A stretch of DNA of 64,000 bases. It comes from the human T2T-CHM13v2.0 reference genome, Homo sapiens. Position numbers and translations under genes: made by a program. The DNA is taken from assembly GCF_009914755.1 (NCBI RefSeq), contig NC_060948.1. One strand, 5' to 3'. The notes under the pieces are model-generated. The model made no database searches and was not told where the DNA came from. It saw only the letters and a program-made list of their open reading frames with translations. Shown here piece after piece: positions 49,848 to 61,024 of the stretch (position 1 is its first letter; each line of letters begins with the position of its first letter).

Positions 49848-50433
49848 TGAGAGAAAAAGGTTATGCAGATAGGATGAATTCTTGCTAAAACTACTTTAAA
49901 CAAAGAAACAGACTCAAATACCAGGCTGCAGGCAGATGTCTTAAAACCCTGCACAAAACTGCAGTCCACTCATATAAAGGAACAAAGCCTAACAAGTAAC
50001 CCTTTTGTATTTTTTTTTTGCCTAAAATGTACCAAAAATAATCTGATAAAAGAAGAAGAGTCTGCATAAAAACATTTTTCTTCTTTAAAGAAAGCACATA
50101 CTTCCAGAAAATAGTCTCTATTCCTTTTACCCAGGGGGCTTCAGTGTGCTCTGATGAACACTTTTATTTTCTTCTTCTTTTTTTTTTTCTGGATATGCTT
50201 TCCACTGTGAGCTGAGCCTCTATAAATTTTTATTTCAGCTACCTTTCAGTCTTGGGTCCAGGTTCTGAGCCAAGCCAACTAGTACTTTTTCAAGACTAGT
50301 AAGCATACTCTTTTCTTAATTCATAAAAACATCAGAACCTGCCTCATAGTGACAAACCCATCCTGTCTCCTATCTGTGCTGTGAATAAGTTTTGCTTAAG
50401 TTGTCAATCAGACTTCACTCTTAGCATGTACAG

Positions 50434-50465
<32 letters not shown>

Positions 50466-50545
50466 TGCAGTCAGAGAAAAAACTCTGATGATACCTCACA
50501 AGAGCAGACTGATATATATAGTGGTGAATCCACATGGCTGCAAAA
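49848..50545 (+). mobile_element. LTR25-like solo LTR containing an (ATT)n tract
   Basis: tgagagaaa..ccaggctgcaggcag..gatacctcacaagag..gtggtg..gctgcaaaa. Confidence 0.7.
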
Positions 50546-50928
50546 GTGTTCATAAGAACACACGGAAGCACACTGGGTAGAAGAAATAGAGATTTTTTTG
50601 TGGAAGAGAAATGATTTTATGCAGAATCTTCTTTGTCTTTTATCAGAATACCTGTAGGAATGTTTTAGGCCAAAAAAATACAAAAGGATTTCTTTGACAG
50701 GCTTTGTTCCTTTATATGAGTGGACAGCAGGTTTGTGCAAGTTTTTTTAAAAATCTGCCTGCAGCCTGGTATTTCAGTCTGTTTCTTTGCTTAAAGTAGT
50801 TTTAGCAAGAATCCGTCTTATCTACATAACTTCTCTCTCAATATTATCCAACATCTAGATATTTTCTGCAAGTGAGAAGGCAAATTGTCTGAGGTACCAT
50901 GTGTGCCAGGTTTCTTTGTCCTGCAAAC
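50542..50928 (-). repeat. Inverted duplicate of 49773-50165
   Basis: gctttgttcctttatatgagtggac (50701) is the reverse complement of gtccactcatataaaggaacaaagc (~49964). The gag|LTR junction is shared. Confidence 0.9.
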
Positions 50929-51492
50929 TGTTGTAACTGAGCAAGTTAGAGAGAAATCACCACACTTTGAGGTGGATTCAAGAGTCCTTTATTAGCCAGT
51001 GATCAAGAGAAAGATAACGCACAAAATTCTCTCGGCCTCAAAGAAGGGGCTAGATTTTCTTTTATACTTTGGTTTAGAGAGAGGAGGGGGAATTCTAGTT
51101 GCAACAATCTTACAGAAGACAAAACAGACAAGAAAGTTAAAAAGACAAATTGTTACAGGAAAACAAACAGTTCCAGGTGCAGGGGCTTTAAATTCATCAC
51201 AAGGTGACAGGTGAGGGGGCCCTTGGCATTATCTACCAGAAAAACATGGGGGCATTATGGTACCATCTCAGAGCAAATTGCTGGGAACTGTGGACATCAC
51301 TTGCCTCAGCATGTTATCAGTTAATTGTAGTCTTTGATATGTTGAGAATCTTGCACAAGTTAAAGTCCTTGAGGAAAAGGGGTGGGTAAGGAGCCCTTGA
51401 TGTCTTGTAAATGAAGGAGCCAAATGGCATTAGTCTGCTTTTCTCAGCTAAGGGTGAGTCTATTCATATTAAAAACAATGTTAGGTATTACA
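50929..51492 (-). mobile_element. LTR6A, 3' LTR of HERV-T/HERV-S71
   Basis: Reverse TGTAATACCTAAC...CAGTTACAACA with TATAAAAG and AATAAAGGACTC. Adjacent PPT aaaacacaaatggggaa. Confidence 0.9.
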
Positions 51493-51516
51493 TTCCCCAT
51501 TTGTGTTTTTGGGGAG

Positions 51517-53398
51517 TCAAATCATTGATTCCTCATTTAGAACAAGGGGGTCGTATAGGGTTTTAAGATACATAAGTTTGACAGAAGGTATGCATTGCTT
51601 TACAAAGTTATGAAACCAGTTTAATATACATGGCCCAAAGATTAAGCCTAACAGCAGGAGGAGAATGGGTGGTTCAGCTAACCCAGTGACTAGAGTAGTT
51701 AGCCATGGATTCCAGTTACACATGCTTTGATACCAGGGAGTGTTATTTTCTCATTCTTGTTGGCATCTATCTAGATTTTCTTGAACCTTTTGGAGAGTAT
51801 CCTTTATGACCCCAGACTGATTGGTTCAGAAGAAACAACTTTCTCTGAGAGCTGTGAATAAACCTTCTTGGGAGAGGAATGGCAGATCTAAGCCTCACCA
51901 GTTTTGAAGAGCTACTTCAGCCAGAGACTGTACCTGGTGTGCAGTATATCTATGGCTGACCGGAGGTTGCTTAAACCTACCTGTTGAGACAGGGACACCT
52001 GTCCAGTTTCTCCCTTAACCAGGGCAGCCGTGGCGATGGCTGCTGATCCGGCTATGCTAAGGCTGGCCAGGAGGGGTACTAGGAGCGGAAGGCCTCGGCA
52101 AATCCTGGGATGTAATTCAAGGGGAGTGATGAGAAGTTGTTCTTCTGGCCCACTGTACACATATATCTGGGGAACCACATGAACTAACACACACAGGAGA
52201 GGTCCTGGTTCAGTCCCATTGATGCAGTGAGTGAGACCTGAAGTGCAGGCTAACTAGGTATTATTAGGTGCCTGGTAGGAGACTGAGGTACTTAAGGAAG
52301 TAAGCAGGGACTGATTACAAGCAGCCTGAAATGGAGAAGCAGATAAGTTATATCCAGCACTAATTAGGCAAGAAATGTTCCCAGACACGTCTCCTAGTGT
52401 GAGGGCATAGGGTCGTGCATGACAAGAAAGAGGGCCACTTTTAAGCATAGCTTCTACTCCTAATCCCACATAATAAAGGGGTTTGGCATTTAGACATAGC
52501 CAACAAACTTGAGCTAGTTTAGGCCAGGTGAGATTAGGAGGTGATATACCCTGCCTAGAATGGACATCAGGCTGGGTTGGAGATGTTGTCATTGCAGCTG
52601 GGGTTTAGGAACTAGGAATGGTGGCAGAACAGTTAAATCGACCTTGTCTGGGTGTTTTTGGAACATAGGGTCACCTAGATCAGTTAAAGGCCCCATTGTC
52701 TTAGGAGGGCTCCATGAGATCAGGATTTTCTTTTGGATGGTGAACACAGTTACAACATCAAATCCCAGGATATAAAGCCTTAATCCCCATGACATGCCAT
52801 AATACCATTGAGCTGAATTAGGTTTATGGGTGGTTATGGTTTGAGTATTACTATTTTTTCTGGTACATAGTCTAGGATGGGAAACATGAGCTATGGAAAG
52901 AGTTGAAGATCAGGTTGATCCCCCAGAGTAAGTGGCTAAAGTTACACATGTCCAGTTAGGGCAGAAAAACTCATAAGTATCTCTACAACTAGAGTCAGGA
53001 TGATTTCCAGGAGAGAAGTAAAAGCGCACCTTTGGAGCTCCCACATCCGGTCTGGCTCCTGGAGTGTCCAAATCCTGCAGCAAGGTCGACGTTCCCTGCT
53101 CCCATGACTGGCAGGTTGCATCTTTCCTTGTGGGTACGAGCAGGTTCTGGGAACAAAACACATAAATTGAATGCAAGAGAGACTTCCTTGGAGGTTCCTG
53201 CCTTCCAAGTAGTGTTTGCAAATACATGTCCTGTCATGAAAGAAGTGAGGAGTAAGGAACAGGAAGGTGCGGAGGGCATAACAGGTGGAAACCAACAAGA
53301 AAGGTAAAAATAATAATAATAATAATAATAATTAATCTAATGGCTTCACTCGACTTAGACACAGTTTTAAGGGGCCTGGCCCAGGCTTGGGGACCCAT
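51517..53398 (-). pseudogene. HERV-T env, disrupted
   Basis: MGPQAWARPLKT..AIRLI; VFANTTWKAGTSKEVS; SWGLRLYI..DLGDPMFQKHPDKVDLT; CWLC motif; NWNPWLTTL..LIFGPCILN. These match recalled HERV-T Env. Multiple frameshifts. Confidence 0.92.
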
Positions 53399-56300
53399 GT
53401 TTCCTGCCAGGCTTTGTTGGTCTTTTTGAAGCTGGAGTGATGAATCCAAGCAGGAATGCTGTCCACCTTCAGAGCATTGGCATGGTGAGGACAGTATGAG
53501 GTCCTTTCCAAGCAGAAGTGAGTCCTTCTTTCTGGAACTTTTTAACACCAGGTCATCTGGCTGAAACAAGTGGTAGGGCCCCATCTGGTTAGGAACTGGA
53601 TTGGGATGAGCTCCCTGGACAAGTGGCTGGATGATATCTCGTATCCATTGGAGAGACTGCAGGAGTAATAAATTAGCTTGTGATAATTCTGCTAAATGGG
53701 TATCCCTTAGCTTTAGGCAAGACAGGCGGCGCCCAGCCATACATGATTTCAAAAGGTGAAAAACCAGCCCAGTAAGGAGTGCATCTTACTCTAAGAAGGG
53801 CTAAAGGAAGGAGTCTTACCCAATTCTCACCAGTCTCTAAGATCAATTTCATAAGAGTACTTTTTGGGATGTGGTTCATGTGTTCTACCTGCCCAGAGCT
53901 CTGGGGTCAATAGGCACAGTGGAGTTTCCAGTGAATGTTTAATGCATTACTGAATGATCAATGGAGGAGGTGAAGGCCAGTCTATTATCAGACCCTACGG
54001 CAGCAGGCAGCCCATGTCAAGGGATGATTTCATTGAGTAAAAACCTAACTACCATGGTGGCAGTCTCGTTTTCAGTGGCAAATGCCTCAGTCCCTCCGGA
54101 GAAAATGTCTGCTAGTATCAGAAGGTATTTCTACCCAGCCCGGTGTGGTTTTATTTCTGTAAAGTCGATTTCCCACTTTTCTCCTGATGAGTTTCTCCAG
54201 TGGCAGTGGCCTGAGCTGGGTTTAGGACTTTGCCTGGTGTTTACCTAAGCACAAGCCGCACACCAGAGAGCTGCTTGATCTGTAAGTTCTGAAGGCAAGG
54301 GATCTTGAAATGGCTACTTAGGAGCTGGGCCAGTTTTGCATCTCTCAAATGAGTGGTAGAATGCAGACGACTGATTAAACTTTCCTGAGAGCTCAGGGTA
54401 CAAAGATTCTGGAGTCAGGAAGAAGCCACCAACCTTCCTGATTTTTAGTGGCCTGGAGATCTGAAGCCAGTTTTACTTCTTCTGCTGAGCATGCGGTATG
54501 ATTGCATAAGTCAGGCTGTGGAAAGAACACTGCAGGCAGTAATGTTAAAGGCATGACTGGAAGCCATGCAGCCTCCAGGGCCAAAAAGTCCACTCTCTGA
54601 TTACCATGGGCAATGGCCGTGTCTTCTCTTTGATGTCCTTTGCAATGAATTACAGCCACTTGCTGAGGGAGCCATAGGGCTCCAAGCAGGGCTAGAATTT
54701 CTTCTGTGTTTTTGATCATCTTTCCTGCTGTGGTGACTAGCCTGCACTCTTGATAGATGACTCCATGCACATGCACAGTAGCGAATTCATACCTACTGTT
54801 AGTGTAAATGTTAATACATTTGTCCTTACCCAATCGGAGAGCCTGTGTCAGGGCAACCAACTCAGCTCTCTGAGCTGAGGTGCCAGCCGGCAGAACTTGG
54901 GCCCACAGGATATCCATCTCCATGGTGATGGCTGCACCAGTCTTTTGAACTCCCCACTCAAGGAGGCTGCTACTCTCTGTATCCACAGTGGTGTCTGCCT
55001 CCTTTAAGGGCACATCTTGGAGATCATGTCGGCCAATTTCTCTGGTCTCTAACAGTTGTTGGCAGTCATGGACATGTGTGTTGAAGTCTGGATATGGGAG
55101 TAAAGTTACTGGATTTAAACACTGTGGGAGAGAAAGTTAAACAAGGCTGATCTAATAGTAAACTCTGATATTGTAAAATGTGAGCATTTGACAATCATTT
55201 GCCAGAAGCACTTCACAGCAAAGTCTCTATGGCATGAGGAGCTGTAAGGGTTAAGTTTTGACTTAAAGTCAGTTTATCAGACTCCTGAACTAGGCTTGCT
55301 GTGGCTGCTATGTCTCCCAGGCAACTGGACCCCCTGGAGGCCATGGGGTCTATTCTCTTAGACAAATAGGTAACTTGGCATCACCTTGGCCCCAAGATCT
55401 GAGTGAGTATCCCTTTAGCAACTCCCTAGTTTTCATGGACAAAAAGGTGAAATGGCTTTGAGATATTTGGAAAGGCTAGAGCAGGGGCCTCAGTTAATGC
55501 CTTTTTCAGGTTTTGGAAAGCCTGTTCCTCTGTGTCAGTCCAAATTAGTGAGCCATTCCCTCCTGTAGCACTGTACAGGTGCTTGGCAATCCTCATAAAC
55601 CCTAAAATCCATAGGCAACAGTATCCCATGGCCCCCAGGAACTCATGTACCTGTCTCTTGGTGGTGGGAGAGGGGATTCATAGGATAGTTTCCTTCTGGG
55701 CACTGGTGAGTGCCCTTTCCCCTTGGTTTGTCTCATACCCCAGGTAGGACAATCTAGGAGGACAAAGCTGGACCTTCTCTGCAGACCCATTATCTGAGTT
55801 CCTGAAGGAGGTAAAGTAGGTCCCTAGTATGTTGCAGGCAGCTGTCAGTAGGTTCTGTAGCTAATAAAAGATCATCTATGTACTGAAGAAGAGTATGATT
55901 GGGTGACTGGCTTGGAATGGTATAAGATCCTGCTGGAAAGCTTCAAAAAGATTGGGAGAATTTTTAAAACCTTGAGGCAATTGAGTCCAGGTCAATTGGG
56001 GGGTGTCTCCCAAGCCAGGATCTGTCCATTCAAAAACAAAGATTGGTAGGCTCTTGGGGCCAGAGGAATAGCAAAGAAGTCATCCTTTAAGTCAAGGACA
56101 GTGTATCCTGTATGTTCTGGCAGCAGCAGGCTGAGTAGACTATAAGGATTAGGGACCGTTGGATGGATGGTAACTGAATATTTTTTAACTTCCCTTAAGT
56201 CAAGTACTGGCCAGTAATCATTTTTTCCAGGTTTCTGGACTGGCAAAAATGGAGTATTCCAGGCCGACTGACATGGTGTGAGTGTGCCAGCTGGTAACAG

Positions 56301-56900
56301 TCACTGAATATTGGGATTGATCCCCTGTCTAGCCACTGACTCATAGGATATTGCTTTTTCTAGATCAGAGAGGTGGTGGTCAGGAGTTCTACAACCACTG
56401 GCAGATGGTGCTTAGCCAGTCCTGGGGGGGTTGACTCAGCCCAGACTCAGGGAAAGAGTGTCTGTAAGTCCAACAGGAGAGGATTGGTGTTATTCTCCAG
56501 TGGTTGTGATGGTGAAATTAAAAGATATTCCTCTTAAAGAGGGATACTTAGCTGGAGTGGGGCAGTCGGGGGCTTGGTGTTTCCAGCATAAGGTAAGCCT
56601 GCTGGGCTGAGAAGGAGATAGAGGCCTGTAACTTATGAAGTAGGTCTCATCCAAGGAGGAGAAAAGGGCACACTGGGACCACAAGAAATGAGTGAGTTAC
56701 TCTTTTCTGTCCCAAACTCACTTCTCCTGAGTGTGTGACAGGATATTCTTGAATAGCTCCAGTAACCCATTGTACAGCCACTCTTATTACAGACACTGCC
56801 CAAGGGTGTCTGCAGTACTCAGTGCTCTGGTATCTATTAGGAAGCATACAGGTTGGCCTCCCACTGTAGCAGTCACCATGGGTTTCCAGGGGCCAAGACA
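53380..56900 (-). pseudogene. HERV-T pro-pol, disrupted
   Basis: [32 protein letters not shown] and LLQYIDDLL (~55860-55890). RNase H GTSAQRAELVALTQAL..HCKGHQ. Integrase [16 protein letters not shown]. Confidence 0.92.
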
Positions 56901-58545
56901 GATGGAGCCCTGGTCCTGTCAGTCATCAGACTCCTCTGCTGCAGGGAGGGTGAGAACTTTTTTCTTTTCTGATTTTCCCTCTGTTAGTAATGGGCATTCC
57001 GTTTTCCAGTGCCCAGTTTGCTTACAATAAGCATATTGTTTTTTCTCCAGGGAACCTGTTCACCTTTCTTGCCTTTCCAGTGGGGACCTGGGATTCCCTG
57101 GTCACTCTTCTGTGATGGGGGCCTTCCCTTCTTTGCTTCCTGGATGGCTGCCACAAGATTTTTGCTTGTCTTTTGGATGCTCTATCAGTGGCCTGTTCAA
57201 CTGCCTGAGTTGCCTGTTTTTGCTTTTCAAACTCTGGATTGTCAAAAACTTTTTGGACTATTTCTAAAGGTTGACTGATATTCATCCCAGCAAATCCTTC
57301 CAGTTTTTGTACATTTCTTTTAATATCAGGGACTACCTGAGCCACAAACCCCAAATTAAGAGCACAGCTATTTTCAGGACCTGTCTGTCAGGTCAAAAGG
57401 GGTATAAGTCTGATAGACCCCCTGGAGGCTTTCTAAAAACACTCCTGCTGACTCATCAGTCCCCTGGACAACTTCAGTCCAGACTACCTCCTCCTGCCAT
57501 GGCCACAAAAGAGAGGCAATAGGTGGAAACACTCAGGGGGCATAGTCAAGGAGAAAAGGGAAGATTCTACAGGAGCAGGAGGGTTATAAGGTGGTGGAAC
57601 TGGGTGAGGGAGAGTTTCCTCTTCTTCAGAAGGAGGAAGTACAGGAGGAGTGGAGCCAGCTGAGGGTTGAGGAGAAAATGAGGTTGGGCTCAACAGGACC
57701 TTGGAAGTAGAATTATGAATGGCACATGAATGGAGGCATGGAAGAGGGCTCCTGACCAAACTTAGCCACTGATCAATGTATGGAAACTGATTGAGGTGAC
57801 CAAGAGTTCCCACAACACGCCACACAGCCTGAACAATTGCAAGGCTCAGTGACCCTTCCGGGGGCCACCTGGCTCCAAAACTTGGCCATTCTACTTCGCA
57901 GAGTGTTCAGAGTTTGCCTGTTTTAAGGCAGACCCCATAATCCTCTGAGGAGCCAAGAGAGAAATTTTGTAACATACATTGTTATATCTCCTGCATGTTC
58001 TCACACCTATTGTCTTTCAATTGTGGCCATGGCAGGAGGAGGTAGCCCCCCTCCTACCACTGAGAGAGGCACCAGTCCCTTCAGGTGATGAGCGCTCAGC
58101 CCCATTCTTGGTTTACAGGTCAGGTTTTTCTACTTCTGACCTGTATAACTGGAAAGCTCAAAATTTCCTCTTTTTAAAAAAAAAGCCCCAGGTCTTGACC
58201 TCATTGATGGAGTCTGTGCTCCAGACCCAATGACCCACCTGGGATGACTGTCAACAGCTCCTTTTAAGCCTTTTCACCTCTGAAGAGAAGGAATGTATCT
58301 GGAGAGAGGCCAGAAAGCATTTCCTCACATAAGCCAATAGGCCAGAACAGGAAGCTAGAGACCCCCTTGAGGAGTTTTTTCCCTCTACCTGACCTAATTG
58401 TGACCCAAACTCCTCAGGTGGGAGGAGAGCTTTGAACAATTTTCACCGGTATCTCCTTGTGGGTATCAAGGGAGCTGCCTGGAAACCCGTAAGCTTGTCC
58501 ATTCTCTATGAGGTGGGGAACAAGAGTTTCCTATTCTGGAGGCAG
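56900..58545 (-). pseudogene. HERV-T gag, disrupted and internally rearranged
   Basis: GNSCSPPHREW..QCMLQNF; GHLNQFPYIDQW; PPPY late domain; FVAQVVPDIKRNVQKLEGF; zinc knuckle at ~57000. CA segment lies inverted at 57983-58499. Confidence 0.9.
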
Positions 58546-60070
58546 TTAAACAAAGTTTGAGCAGAGATATTAAACCCAGCACGGACAGAGAAATTCATGA
58601 CCTGGGGGATTGTAGCTCCAAAAGAACGGAAATGGTATGGCCAACAGAAGCAGGAAAACAGCTATTGTCAGCACTTCCTGCCACATGATTTCTGTCCTTT
58701 TAAGTTTTGAGATTTAGGGAGAGGACAAGAGGTGGGTCTGAGGCTGGTAGAACCCACATGATTTCCCTCTCCCTTTTGACTTACAGCCTCAATATATTTG
58801 GTGTCTCCATGACTCAAAGGCAAATAGTTCAAACTAGGCCTTTTCTTTTAAGGGTTTGAGGAGGCAGAGCAGAGCCAAGTCTTGGAGACACTGGACTTGC
58901 TGCGACACAGGAAAATGAGACGTATGGGGTAAAGAGTGGGGATGAGGAGGAAAGGGGCCACTTGGATCTTTCCTAAGGTAGGAGAGTAGCCACAGGGGAA
59001 TAGAATAAGATTCCAGATGGAGTAAAGCAGTACGGGGCTAGGTTTCTCTGCCTAGTTCCCTTCTTAAGGGCACAGGAAAAGTTATGGGATGATAGAAGAT
59101 GTCAGCAAAGAGGTCTGCAGGGTAGCTATTTTGAATCCACCACTGGTCTAATCTGAAGGTGGTCCAGTCACTTGTTTGTGGGGTGTGAAAATCTAAAAGC
59201 CAGCAACCTTTATGGTGCCAGAAATCCCAAACAGGAAAATGTTTCCCACCCTCATTCCCGTAACAACACCTAATTGGTTTCTGATTGAAAAGGCAGGAAT
59301 GAGATGGCCAGCTGAAATGACTGATGAGAAATTTGACCTCCTGTGATAAAACATCAGCACTGAGGACCTTGAAGAAGTCCTTGCACAGACTTCTTGGGCA
59401 GTGTTGATGACTTGACATAAGAAACTTTGACAAGCACTAAATAGGACAATAAATGCCAATAGGACAATAGACAAAAAAAAAACAGGCAATTGACCCCAGG
59501 GTATATAAACAATTATGGCAACTTTTATAGACAAACAAGGGGAGGGGTCCCATGATGGGATCTGTCAGAGGCCAACCTAGCCACTCCCTCTAAGGGAACG
59601 TAGGCTCCTCTTAGCATTGGCAGGCCAATATAAACCACCCGCTCAGATTGAGTTATGCCTGATGCTGCCTAAAGCCTTATGAGGTAGCCACGAAACTGCA
59701 GGTGAGGGCCCACTTGAAACCCATAGCTTTCACTGTGGAGCTACAAACTGGAATTTCAAGTGCAAGCCCTTGATTTCCACAATCATGCACACATTCACAC
59801 AGAGTTTATAATATTTTTTCTTATTCCCATTCTAAACAGAGGTCTCTAGGAGACCTGAATGAGAGAAGGAGGAGATAGGGAAAGGGAGGTGGGAGAGAGA
59901 GAGAGAGAGAGAGAGAGAAAGTGAGGGGGAGAGAAGTGAGAGACTAGTCTTAATGGAGAGGCCAGCCTGCCAGAAACCAAGACTCTGTCCTCCAGCATCC
60001 TGGTGTATGAATAGAGTTGGACAGAGATGCCCTCATCAGGAACGGATCCCTCTCACCAAACCAGAACAAA
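58546..60070 (-). mobile_element. HERV-T long 5' leader; 5' LTR absent
   Basis: Contiguous with the gag start. (GA)n at ~59890-59945. No second LTR6 copy seen. Confidence 0.65.
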
Positions 60071-60074
60071 AGGT

Positions 60075-60910
60075 ACCTAAAGGAAAAGCTTTGCTCGAAC
60101 TGGGAAAAAATAAGGCTCATATTGTACTGCACAAAAGTATGGAAATTACACCAGCTCAAAGACAAAAACACCTGGCCTTCTGAGATAAAAGTTTATTTGA
60201 AAGTATCTAATTATCAGATGTTTTCTTCAGATGAAAGATCCGTTAGTATGAGTTTCTGATGTACAAGCTTTCTTTACCTTGGGAGACAACCCAGACCTTT
60301 GTAAGCATTGTAAAATTGATTCTGGCCTTTTTGTAGTCATGTCAAGCAAGGCTACAGAAGATAATTTCCCAAAATTAGAGAGACAAACCTTTGCGTACCC
60401 CTTAAATACAACTTCTAAATGCCATACCTGCCCTTCTTTCACATGCTTTCCAACCACCTTATCATCAGTTTCTCTCCCTGTGCCACCCAATAAACCCCTA
60501 CATTCCCTGTAGGCCCTGCAGAAAATGTCAAATAAATGTGGTACTACTAAACTTCAGGTTTAATTTTTATTGCAGAATTTTAAAAAAACAAATTTATATC
60601 TAGTCAAGTTCTCTGATTACTCTGATAGATATATAAAGGCATTCCAAAATCTTACAGAGGTGTTTCGTTTTATGTGGAAAGATGCTACATTACTCCTAAA
60701 CTCGATTCTATATATGTCAGAAAATGTGGCAGCTTTTCAGGCAACAGAACGATTTGAAGATGAACAATGTATTTACTACAGCCAGTCTAAAAGTATGAAG
60801 GGAAAAAAATCTAGAAAAAGGGAGGGCAAAAGACAAAAGTAAGGTGAACGGATAGTAGAATCTTTATTCCCAACAGGAAGAAAGACATTGCTCTTTGAAA
60901 ACTTAGTTGG
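60075..60910 (+). mobile_element. ERV1 (HUERS-P/HERV9-like) gag fragment
   Basis: LGDNPDLCKHCKID; KFSDYSDRYIKAFQNLTEVF..WKDATLLLN. Confidence 0.8.
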
Positions 60911-61024
60911 AATACACACACATAAATACTTAATTTAAAAGATTAAGTAGTGGGAACACAAGTGTAAAGTTTCAGCAAAAGTTTAGTATATAGAGAAGAG
61001 ATAGTTTTCCCAGCAAATCACTAC

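Noticed and set aside
51517-53398. Co-opted intact HERV-T envelope
   Set aside because: Fragmented into several ORFs by frameshifts and stops
54393-55013. 206-aa ORF, the longest in the window
   Set aside because: RNase H fragment of the dead HERV-T pol with no authentic start
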